Below, one piece after another: positions 7,931 to 16,043 of a DNA stretch of 39,645 nt (position 1 is the first letter of the stretch; every line of letters starts with the position of its first letter). A program made the position numbers and the translations under genes. The notes below the pieces were generated by a model. It saw nothing but the letters and a program-made list of their open reading frames with translations. It did no database searches and had not been told where the DNA came from. Source of the DNA: an uncultured Nitrososphaerota archaeon (GTDB taxonomy: Archaea > Korarchaeota > Korarchaeia > Korarchaeales > Korarchaeaceae); contig CAZQNA010000001.1 of NCBI GenBank assembly GCA_964594835.1, positions 257,089 to 296,733 of the forward strand. Reading direction: 5' to 3'.

Positions 7931-9445
7931 TTGGATCCGGCGACTGTGGTGTTCACCTCGTTCTTCACGCTCTCGGCGCTGACGGTCTTCGCCGGTAGGC
8001 TCCTCGGGGCGAGGGCGCAGAGGGCAGCCTGGGTGACCGCCGCCCACCTCCCGGGGTACTACTCGGTCTACCAGGTGTGGAGGGGGGTCACCTCCTCCCC
8101 CGACCACGTGTTCAGCATGAGGCCGCTGGGCGTGGAGGGGCTCATGGCCGCCGACGCCTTCAGCTCATTCATGGCCCTCGTGGCAGTCTTCGGCTCCCAC
8201 ATGCTCATGTCCTACGCCGCCGCCACGATCGACGATCCCGACGCCTTCTCGAGGTTCGCGGCCGCCGGGCTGGCGGGGACCGGCGCCGTAGTGTCGACGT
8301 TCTACTCCGTGAACCTCCTGGCCCTGACGATCCTGTGGGAGGCCACCGTCGCCGCCGAGGTGGGGATGATCCTCATTGGAAGGGGCGAGGGGGTCGTCGA
8401 GGCGGCGGTGAAGGTGTCGGCGATGGCGATGTTCTCCTCCCTGCTCATGGTTACTGGACTCGGACTCCTCTTCGCAGCGCTGGGGAACGTCGGGGTCACG
8501 CTCAACTCCTTCAACATACCGTGGGTCGCCAGCCACGTTCCCCTGGCGTACAGAGGATCGGAGATAGTGATACTGATAGCCTTCGCCCTGCTCGTGGCTT
8601 CCCTCGGCATCGAGGTCGGGGCGGCTCCGTTCTACATGTGGCTCCCGGACATGTACTCCGGGGCCTGGCCGGAGGCCGTCTCGCTCGTCGTCACCACCGT
8701 GGACCTGGGCGGACTCTATTTGCTCGCGAGGATCACCGGGATGTTCGCGCGCCTGCCGGTGTCCAGGGTGGTCGCCCTGGGCGGCCTCACGCCCCTGCTC
8801 CTGGCCTTGGTCATCCTCTCCCTGTTCTCAATGACGCTCGGAGAGCTCTCAGCCCTCGGACAGACGATGGTAAGGAGGATTCTGAGCTACAGCGCCGTCG
8901 CAGACGCCGGGTACGTCCTGCTCCTCTCGACCTACTTCTTCTGGGGAGGGGTCGTCCCCTTCGGTTGGGCGGCCTACTCGGCACAGCCCCTCGCGTACTT
9001 CGTGGTGGCCAGCAACCTCTCCATATCCGCGGCCGTCGCGGCCGTGGGCTATCTAGAGCGGAGGATGGGCGGCTCGGACCTCGAGTCCTTCAGGGGGGCC
9101 GCGAGGTATCACCCGCTGGCGTCGGTGCTCCTCGCCATGTCCCTCCTCTCCCTCTTCGGCGTTCCCCCCATGGCCGGCTTCGTGGCGAAGTTCCTGGTCG
9201 TCTCCGCCCTCGTGACGGCGCCTATACCCGCGATGCTCTGGGTGGCGGCGGTGGCCACGGTGTTCTTCGTGGTGAGCGCCGCGTACGGCATGAAGGTCAT
9301 AGGGACCTGCGCGCGGGAGAGGGACACCCCTCCACCGGCCGCGGAGGGGGACTGGGTGCCGCTGCTTCCAATAGCGCTCATAGTCGTGCTTCTGGTGTTG
9401 ATAGGGGTGGATCCATCGCTCCTCCTGTCCGTGTTCGCGAGGTGA
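7931..9445 (+). CDS. NuoN-like antiporter subunit with atypical charged residues
   Basis: LWE, GAAPFYMWLPDMYSGA, RRILSYS, LSLFGVPPMAGFVAKF. Confidence 0.85.
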   Translation: MDPATVVFTSFFTLSALTVFAGRLLGARAQRAAWVTAAHLPGYYSVYQVWRGVTSSPDHVFSMRPLGVEGLMAADAFSSFMALVAVFGSHMLMSYAAATIDDPDAFSRFAAAGLAGTGAVVSTFYSVNLLALTILWEATVAAEVGMILIGRGEGVVEAAVKVSAMAMFSSLLMVTGLGLLFAALGNVGVTLNSFNIPWVASHVPLAYRGSEIVILIAFALLVASLGIEVGAAPFYMWLPDMYSGAWPEAVSLVVTTVDLGGLYLLARITGMFARLPVSRVVALGGLTPLLLALVILSLFSMTLGELSALGQTMVRRILSYSAVADAGYVLLLSTYFFWGGVVPFGWAAYSAQPLAYFVVASNLSISAAVAAVGYLERRMGGSDLESFRGAARYHPLASVLLAMSLLSLFGVPPMAGFVAKFLVVSALVTAPIPAMLWVAAVATVFFVVSAAYGMKVIGTCARERDTPPPAAEGDWVPLLPIALIVVLLVLIGVDPSLLLSVFAR

Positions 9446-9457
9446 TGGTCTGGGGAG

Positions 9458-10975
9458 GTGATTGACACGATAACGCCCATCGCCGTCGTCCTGATCCCGC
9501 TGGGCTCGGCCCTGATCTCCTACATGCTCAGGGACGATCCGAGGGCCTCCGCCGCCTCGGCCACGGTGGCGCCTCTCCTGTCCGCGATCGTCCTCCTCAT
9601 CGGGTTCAGGGCCAGGACGCCAATCACCGAGGTTTGGTGGAGCAGCTGGGTCCCGGGGTTCCTGCCGGGGGTCAGGGGAGTGGGCTTCGTCATGAGGATG
9701 GACGGCCTGTCGCTCGCCATGTGCCTCATGACGTGCATCCTCTACGCTGCGGCGATGCTCTACGCCCTCTCATACCTCGAGGAGAGGGGCGCCCAGGGCG
9801 CCTTCTACTCCCTAGCCATGCTGCTCCTGACGGCCCTCTTGGGAGTCTTCCTGAGCTGGAACCTGCTGGCGTTTTACATCTTCTGGGAGCTCATGGCGGT
9901 CCCGTCGTTCTTCATGATCTCTGAGTGGGGTTACGCCAACGCCAGGGAGGCGGCCATGAAGTTCTTCCTGTACACAAGGGCCGGGGCCCTCCTCATAATC
10001 CTGGCGATGGCCATGGCCTACAACAGGCTCGGCACCCTCGACCTGGACGCCATAGCGGCCCTCGCCTCGGGATGGCCGGCCCTGCCGGTGGCGTCCTTCC
10101 TGATGACGGTAGGCTTCATGATCAAGGCCGGCTGCTTCCCGCTGCACTCCTGGCTCCCGGACGCCCACTCTCAGGCCCCTGCGCCGTTCTCGGCGCTGCT
10201 CAGCGGGGTCCTTGTGGCCACGGGGATATACTCGATACTGAGGATACCGCTCGCCTCCTTCTGGCTGCCAGGAGGCGGAGGAGACTCTCTACCAACCGTG
10301 CTGACCGCCCTGGGGCTGGCATCTACGTTCTTCGGCGCCATGAGGGCCATGAAGGAGACCGACATAAAGAGGGTCCCGGCCTACTCCAGCATAAGCCACA
10401 TGGGCTACGCGCTCACGGGGCTCGGCCTTGGGACGTCTGCTGTCCTGCACGGTCACCCCGAGGCCGGAAGGCTCATCCTCGTAGGCTCAATGTTCCACCT
10501 CGTCGCCCATGCGTGGAGCAAGGGCCTCCTGTTCCTCTCGGCCGGCTCGGCAATGCACCTGCTGGGGAGGAGGGACATCACGAGGATGGGCGGCGGCCTC
10601 AGGCTCCTCCCGATGACCTCGGTGGCGATGATAGCGGCGGCCATGAGCATAGCCGGCTCACCCCCGTTCCCCTGCTTCATCAGCGAGGTCTCGATGATAG
10701 TGGGCTCGGCGTCCTCTGGGCTTCCCCAGGGCGGGCTGATTGCGGCGTCCCTGGCCTTCGCGACTGTGCTGAGCGCCGGGTACGCGCTCCGCCTCGTCTA
10801 CCACGTGGCCTGGGGGAGGCCGCCGGATGGACTGGCCCGGGAGCAGTCCGTGACCGAGCCTTTCGAGATGACGGTGCCGATGCTCGCCCTGGCCATGCTG
10901 CTTGCCCTGACATTCTTCGTGCCCCTGGTCGTCCTGGCCCCCGTCGACCTGACGATCCTGGACATGGTGGGGTAG
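9458..10975 (+). CDS. NuoM-like antiporter subunit
   Basis: DGLS, FWELMAVP, IKAGCFPLHSWLPDAHSQAP, YSSISHMG, PCFISE (TM12 Glu typical of NuoM); SD GGAGGTG upstream. Confidence 0.9.
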   Translation: MIDTITPIAVVLIPLGSALISYMLRDDPRASAASATVAPLLSAIVLLIGFRARTPITEVWWSSWVPGFLPGVRGVGFVMRMDGLSLAMCLMTCILYAAAMLYALSYLEERGAQGAFYSLAMLLLTALLGVFLSWNLLAFYIFWELMAVPSFFMISEWGYANAREAAMKFFLYTRAGALLIILAMAMAYNRLGTLDLDAIAALASGWPALPVASFLMTVGFMIKAGCFPLHSWLPDAHSQAPAPFSALLSGVLVATGIYSILRIPLASFWLPGGGGDSLPTVLTALGLASTFFGAMRAMKETDIKRVPAYSSISHMGYALTGLGLGTSAVLHGHPEAGRLILVGSMFHLVAHAWSKGLLFLSAGSAMHLLGRRDITRMGGGLRLLPMTSVAMIAAAMSIAGSPPFPCFISEVSMIVGSASSGLPQGGLIAASLAFATVLSAGYALRLVYHVAWGRPPDGLAREQSVTEPFEMTVPMLALAMLLALTFFVPLVVLAPVDLTILDMVG

Positions 10976-10984
10976 ACCTCGCCC

Positions 10985-11006
10985 GCCCACCTTCCCACTA
11001 TTTTTC
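10985..11006 (+). terminator. Putative terminator of operon 1
   Basis: GCCCACCTTCCCACTATTTTTC just after the last stop codon. Confidence 0.55.
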
Positions 11007-11104
11007 AGGAAAAGTATAACGAGGGACGCTGACACGGGTCTCTGGAGAATCAGGGGAGTTAGCCAGCGGTGTTGCCCGCTTAGACGGCTTGTCGGCGGGG
11101 GGTG

Positions 11105-11121
11105 TTAAAATGTTTTATAAT
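11105..11121 (+). promoter_or_regulatory. BRE/TATA promoter of operon 2
   Basis: TTAAAATGTTTTATAAT with TATA core TTTTATAA at 11113-11120, about 30 nt upstream of ATG 11150. Confidence 0.65.
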
Positions 11122-11149
11122 TGATCTTCGGCCCCTGCCGGGGCCGGCC

Positions 11150-11536
11150 ATGCCTCCTCTGCAGAGTGGCTCAAGCGCCTGCTTGGCGTTCGCGGTCGCG
11201 CTCCTGTTGGGAATCGGAATAGGGGTGATTGGATACGCGCTGGGGAAGATCCTGTCCCCCACGAGGTCCCTCCCCAAGAAGAAGATGAGGTACGAGTGCG
11301 GGAACCCGCCGAAGGGTAGGGCGAGGGGCATATTCACCATGCAGTACTACCCCTACCTCATAGTGTTCCTGACCGTCGAGCCGGTGGCCATCTACGGCTT
11401 CCTCGTCGCGCTGGCCGCGCACGCCAGGACGCTTGCGGTTGCTGGCATCCTCGGGGCCATGATCCTCATGCTCATCCCGCCCCTGATATTCGGCCTCAGG
11501 CTTGCCGGGAGGCTTGAGCTATGGTCTGTGGAATGA
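11150..11536 (+). CDS. nuoA: Complex I-like oxidoreductase subunit A
   Basis: KKMRYECGNPP, YYPYLIVFLTVEP; ATG 11150 preferred over 11102 because the TATA box lies between them. Confidence 0.9.
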   Translation: MPPLQSGSSACLAFAVALLLGIGIGVIGYALGKILSPTRSLPKKKMRYECGNPPKGRARGIFTMQYYPYLIVFLTVEPVAIYGFLVALAAHARTLAVAGILGAMILMLIPPLIFGLRLAGRLELWSVE

Positions 11537-12045
11537 GCGGGTCCATGTGGATTGGAGACCTGGAGAGGACCGCCAGGAAGGCGGCCAGGTGGCTCGTGGA
11601 GAGGACGCCCATCCGCTCCGTAAGGGACTGGGGGATCGCGTTCTCTCTCTGGCCCGTGCACTTCACAACCGCCTGCTGCGGGGCCGAGTTCGCCGCCGCC
11701 TCCGCGCCAAGGTTCGACGCGGAGCGGTTCGGCTTCCTCCCGTTCGTGGCCCCCAGGCAGTGCAACCTCATGCTGATTGAGGGTACGCTCACCAAGAAGA
11801 TGGCCGACGCGGCCATATGGGTCTACGAGCAGATGCCGGAGCCCAAGTTCGTCGTGGCCATGGGCGCCTGCGCGATAGACGGCGGGATCTTCTGGAACAG
11901 CTACAACATAGTCCGGCCCAAGGACATCCTCCCGGTCGAGGTGTTCATCCCGGGGTGTCCCCCGAGGCCGGAGGCGGTGGCGAGGGCAGTGATCAGGCTC
12001 CAGAAGAGGATAAGGAGGGGTGAGGCCATTGGCCTCAAAGTCTGA
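11533..12045 (+). CDS. nuoB: Complex I-like oxidoreductase subunit B
   Basis: TACCGAE (adjacent Cys pair of cluster N2), FDAERFG, QMPEPKFVVAMGAC, PGCPPRPE. Confidence 0.95.
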   Translation: MSGSMWIGDLERTARKAARWLVERTPIRSVRDWGIAFSLWPVHFTTACCGAEFAAASAPRFDAERFGFLPFVAPRQCNLMLIEGTLTKKMADAAIWVYEQMPEPKFVVAMGACAIDGGIFWNSYNIVRPKDILPVEVFIPGCPPRPEAVARAVIRLQKRIRRGEAIGLKV

Positions 12046-12544
12046 GCAGGGTCAGGGAGGAGTCGAGGCAGCGCCCCTCGGGGAACTTGAGGCCCTCCTC
12101 AGCGAGGTGCTGGAGGGCCTGTCACCCGAGATATCGGCTGTCGGGGGAGCGGTGGCGGTCAAAGTGCCTCCTGACCGCCTCAAAGAGGCCGCGGAGAGGC
12201 TAAGGGGCGCGGGCTTCGACCACGTCAAGGCGGTCACGGGCATAGACCGGCCAGACTCGGGTGAGATCGAACTCGTCTACCACGTGTCATCCTACCTCGA
12301 TCCAAGGCTGTCGAAGTGCATCGTCGCCCTGAGGACCACCCTGCCGCGGGACGATCCGGTGACTCCCTCTCTGTACGAGGTGTGGCCCAGCGTGAAGTAC
12401 CACGAGATGGAGCAGATGGAGATGCTCGGCATCCAGTTCTCGGGTCACCCGGACCCGAGGAGGCTGCTCCTGCCCGAGAGCTACGAGGGCATCCCCCCGC
12501 TCAGGAAGGACTTCAAGGTGAAGGTGGAGGGGATCAACGCATGA
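12020..12544 (+). CDS. nuoC: Complex I-like oxidoreductase subunit C
   Basis: VTGID, EMEQMEMLGIQFSGHPDPRRLLLPE, PLRKDF; exact start uncertain. Confidence 0.92.
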   Translation: MRPLASKSEQGQGGVEAAPLGELEALLSEVLEGLSPEISAVGGAVAVKVPPDRLKEAAERLRGAGFDHVKAVTGIDRPDSGEIELVYHVSSYLDPRLSKCIVALRTTLPRDDPVTPSLYEVWPSVKYHEMEQMEMLGIQFSGHPDPRRLLLPESYEGIPPLRKDFKVKVEGINA

Positions 12545-13710
12545 GCGAGGAGGAGCACACCCTAGAACTCCTGATAGGCCCCCAGCACCCGGCGTCCGGC
12601 CACATGAGGCTCGTGGCCAAGGTGGACGGGGACGTTGTGGTGGGCCTCAGGCCCGACATAGGCTACGTCCACAGGACCGTCGAGAAGCTGGCCGAGACGA
12701 AGAACTACATTCAGATAATCCCGCTGGTCGAGAGGCCGCCCCTCGCGGACACGGCCAACCACAACCTGGGCTTCGTGCTCGCTCTGGAGAGGCTCCTGGG
12801 GATCGAGGCCCCGCCCCGAGCTCAGTGGCTCAGGACGCTCCTGGCGGAGATGACGAGGATCCACAGCCACTTCTACGGCCTAGGCATTCACGGGATAATG
12901 CTGGGCTCATCCACCGCGTTCATGTGGGCCTTCTGGGACAGGGAGATAATGATCGAGCTGGCCCAGAGGCTCACCGGGGCCAGGCTGACCTACTCCTACA
13001 TGATCCCCGGCGGCGTGAGGAGGGACCTGCCCCCGAGCTTCGAGGACGAGATGGAGAAGGCACTCCGCTATCTCGAGGGGAGGATCCCGGACTACCACAA
13101 GATATTCTTCGACAACCCGGTGACGAGGGCCAGGCTTCGGGGCGTCGGCGTCCTGAAGAGGGAGGACGCCATAAGGCTGGGGATAGTCGGCCCCAACCTG
13201 AGGGCCTCGGGGGTCCCCTACGACGTTAGGAAGGTCGATCCATACTGCGCTTACCCCGAGCTGGACTTCAACATCGTCACGCGAGAGGAGGGGGACTCCT
13301 ACGCCAGGATGATGGTCAGGGTTGGGGAGATCAGGGAGAGCATCAACATGATCCGGCAGATCCTGAAGAAGATGCCGGACGGTCCGATTTTGGAGGAGAG
13401 GTACCTGAAGATGATTCCACCAAAGTGGAAGGAGTGGATGGCCCAGCACCGCAGGATAAAGCTCCCCGCGGCCCTGATATCCCTCAGGCCTCCCAAGGGG
13501 GAGGCCGTCGCCAGGGTCGAGGCCGCCAGGGGCGAGGCAGTCTACTACATCGTCAGCGACGGCTCCCCGAAGCCGTACAGGTTCAGGGTGGTGTCCCCCT
13601 CCATCCGGAACGTGGTCCTGTTCGAGCACCTGATCAGGGGATGCAGGGTGGCCGACATCCCGGCCATCTACGGGAGCCTGGATTACTTCCCGCCGGAGGC
13701 TGATCGGTGA
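12541..13710 (+). CDS. nuoD: Complex I-like oxidoreductase subunit D (no NiFe ligands)
   Basis: ATG 12541; GPQHPASGH, GYVHRTVEK, EAARGE, ends DYFPPEADR; both CxxC positions lack Cys. Confidence 0.93.
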   Translation: MSEEEHTLELLIGPQHPASGHMRLVAKVDGDVVVGLRPDIGYVHRTVEKLAETKNYIQIIPLVERPPLADTANHNLGFVLALERLLGIEAPPRAQWLRTLLAEMTRIHSHFYGLGIHGIMLGSSTAFMWAFWDREIMIELAQRLTGARLTYSYMIPGGVRRDLPPSFEDEMEKALRYLEGRIPDYHKIFFDNPVTRARLRGVGVLKREDAIRLGIVGPNLRASGVPYDVRKVDPYCAYPELDFNIVTREEGDSYARMMVRVGEIRESINMIRQILKKMPDGPILEERYLKMIPPKWKEWMAQHRRIKLPAALISLRPPKGEAVARVEAARGEAVYYIVSDGSPKPYRFRVVSPSIRNVVLFEHLIRGCRVADIPAIYGSLDYFPPEADR

Positions 13711-14732
13711 TGATCTCGCTGGGTTGGGTGCTGGATCTCCTGCTCTCCCCCTGGCTCTTCGTGCCCCTGATATATCCCGGGCTGATCTCGGCCTTCGCAG
13801 TCCTCCTGTTCATAATCTGGTTCGAGAGAAAGCTCGCCGCGAAGGTTCAGCTCCGCTACGGTCCGCTTTACGTCCTTAAGCAGCTCGGGGGCGCCATACA
13901 GCTGGTGGCGGACCTCCTGAGGTATCTGTTCGCGGAGCCCATCGTCCCGGACCGGGCCGACAGGCTGGCCTTCATCTTCGGCCCCATCCTCCTGTTCGCC
14001 TCCTCCTACATTGCGACCGTCGCCATACCGGTGAGCTACAACTTCTACGCGTTCAGGAGCGAGATCTCCCTCCTGGTGGTGTTGGGGCTCACGACCCTGG
14101 CGCCGGCGTTCAACCTGGTGATAGGGTGGGGCAGCAACAACAAGTTCGGCCTGATAGGCGGCCTCAGAGAGGGCTACCTGATAACGGCGGACGAGATACC
14201 CATATTCGTCTCGGCCCTGGCCATGGCCGTCCTCTACGGCACCATGGACCTCGTCAGGATGGTCGAACTCCAGTCGGAGTGGCTCTGGGGGATAGCCCTG
14301 AACCCGCTGGCCGCCCTGACCTTCTTCGTCCTGATGCTCCTGTCGACGTCCAGGTTCCCGTTCGAGATAGTGGAGGCGGAGAGCGAGATAGTCATGGGCC
14401 CGTTCACGGAGTACAGCGGGATCCTGTACGGCCTGACCATGGGCGCCTCCTACGTGAAGCTCTACGTGCTGAGCCTCCTCTTCGCGATACTGTTCCTCGG
14501 AGGGTGGGAGCCCGTCCCGCCCCTGGAGTTCCCGGGGAGCTGGCTGATCCTGCCGGCCGCAGTGCTCTTCCTGAAGGCCCTCGTGATAATGTGCCTCTCC
14601 GTCTTCATGAGGGCGGTCTACCCGCGCTACAGGATCGACCACGCCCTGAGGCTGGCCTGGCACTACCTCTTCCCGGCCTCCATAGCGTCGGTGTTCCTGT
14701 CCCTCGCGGTGCTGGTGGGGTGGTGGCTATGA
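13707..14732 (+). CDS. nuoH: Complex I-like oxidoreductase subunit H
   Basis: ERKLAAKVQLRYGP, QLVAD, RFPFEIVEAESEIVMGPFTEYSG, PRYRID. Confidence 0.94.
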   Translation: MMISLGWVLDLLLSPWLFVPLIYPGLISAFAVLLFIIWFERKLAAKVQLRYGPLYVLKQLGGAIQLVADLLRYLFAEPIVPDRADRLAFIFGPILLFASSYIATVAIPVSYNFYAFRSEISLLVVLGLTTLAPAFNLVIGWGSNNKFGLIGGLREGYLITADEIPIFVSALAMAVLYGTMDLVRMVELQSEWLWGIALNPLAALTFFVLMLLSTSRFPFEIVEAESEIVMGPFTEYSGILYGLTMGASYVKLYVLSLLFAILFLGGWEPVPPLEFPGSWLILPAAVLFLKALVIMCLSVFMRAVYPRYRIDHALRLAWHYLFPASIASVFLSLAVLVGWWL

Positions 14733-15259
14733 GTTCCAAGAGGTGGGAATCCCCGATCTTCAGGCTCAAGGGACACCTGGAGGCCATACTCACCGGCGCT
14801 AAGTACCTGGTGACGCCCAGGGCGACGGTGAGGTACCCGGAGGAGGTGATCGAGCTCCCGGAGGGCTACAGGGGATACATCGCCTACAAGAAGGAGCTGT
14901 GCATCAGCTGCGGCCTCTGCGCCACGGTGTGCCCGGCGAACGCCATGAAGATGTACCTGGAGGAGGCTCCCCAGGCCCCTGAGGGAGGGGAGGGAGGGGC
15001 GAAGCCCAAGCCCAAGAGGCACCCCGGGATAAACTACACCAGGTGCATATTCTGCGGCTTCTGCGTGGATGTCTGCCCCACCGGAGCCCTGGAGCACGTT
15101 GAGACCCACGACGTGGCCTACGAGGAGTTCGACTCCATGATCTACCCGCCCCCGGACTTCGAGGCCGGTCCGCCCAGCTCCGAGTTCGAGAGGCCTCCCA
15201 GTCGGCTGAGGCCCAAGATGGATGAGAGGAGGGGGATCGCGTATGAGCCTGCCGATTGA
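14729..15259 (+). CDS. nuoI: Complex I-like oxidoreductase subunit I
   Basis: ATG 14729 overlaps the nuoH stop; TVRYPEE, CISCGLCATVCP, CIFCGFCVDVCPTGAL. Confidence 0.94.
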   Translation: MSSKRWESPIFRLKGHLEAILTGAKYLVTPRATVRYPEEVIELPEGYRGYIAYKKELCISCGLCATVCPANAMKMYLEEAPQAPEGGEGGAKPKPKRHPGINYTRCIFCGFCVDVCPTGALEHVETHDVAYEEFDSMIYPPPDFEAGPPSSEFERPPSRLRPKMDERRGIAYEPAD

Positions 15260-15731
15260 CCTCACGTCCCTGGCCTTCCTGGCCACCTCTGCCCTGGCGG
15301 TGGCCTCCGCCGTGCTGGTGGTGGGCCACAGGTCGCTGGTCTACGCGGCGTTCTTCCTGGACATTCTGGGTACCGCGAACGCCGTCTTCTTCGCCCTGCT
15401 GGGGTATCCCCTCGTCGCCGTCTTCCAGCTCACCGTTTACGTGGGGTCCGCGGTCACGTTCATCCTGTTCTCCGTGGTTATGCTGAAAGAGGTTCCCGAG
15501 ACCACGGTCCCGATCAGGGAGTTCGCGGCCTTCACTGTGGTGCTCACGGCCGCGGCCCTGCTGGTGGCGTTCAACCAGTTCTCCGGGATACTCCCCCAGA
15601 CCCAGGCCATAGACATGGGGGAACTCACCAGGCTCGTCGTCGACAAGTACTGGTTCGCCCTGCTCCTATCCATCCTCTCAATGGCCACGACGCTCATAGA
15701 GGCGATCACGCTGGCCAGGAGGGAGGTGTGA
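15243..15731 (+). CDS. nuoJ: Complex I-like oxidoreductase subunit J
   Basis: LVYAAFFL, FQLTVYVGSAVTFILFSVVM; five TM segments. Confidence 0.9.
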   Translation: MSLPIDLTSLAFLATSALAVASAVLVVGHRSLVYAAFFLDILGTANAVFFALLGYPLVAVFQLTVYVGSAVTFILFSVVMLKEVPETTVPIREFAAFTVVLTAAALLVAFNQFSGILPQTQAIDMGELTRLVVDKYWFALLLSILSMATTLIEAITLARREV

Positions 15732-15734
15732 GGC

Positions 15735-16043
15735 ATGCCCACGATCTACTGGTACCTCCTCGTGTCCTTCGCCCTGGCCGGGATAGGGCTCTACGGAATG
15801 CTCACCAGGAGAAACCTGATCAGAATGCTGATCTCGGTGGAGCTCATCTTCAACGGAGCCCTGCTGGCCCTCCTCAGTCTCACATCCATCTCCGCGGCCT
15901 ACAAACCCACCGGCGTCGTCCTGGCGCTGCTCGCCATATCGCTGGCGTCCGCGGAGGTCGGAGTCGTGGTCTCGATCGCGATCCTCATGTTCCGGGTCAA
16001 GAGGAGCCTGGACGTTTTCGAGATTGCCGAGTCTAGGGGGTGA
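15735..16043 (+). CDS. nuoK: Complex I-like oxidoreductase subunit K
   Basis: RRNLIRMLISVELIFNG and LASAEVGV; both conserved Glu present. Confidence 0.93.
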   Translation: MPTIYWYLLVSFALAGIGLYGMLTRRNLIRMLISVELIFNGALLALLSLTSISAAYKPTGVVLALLAISLASAEVGVVVSIAILMFRVKRSLDVFEIAESRG

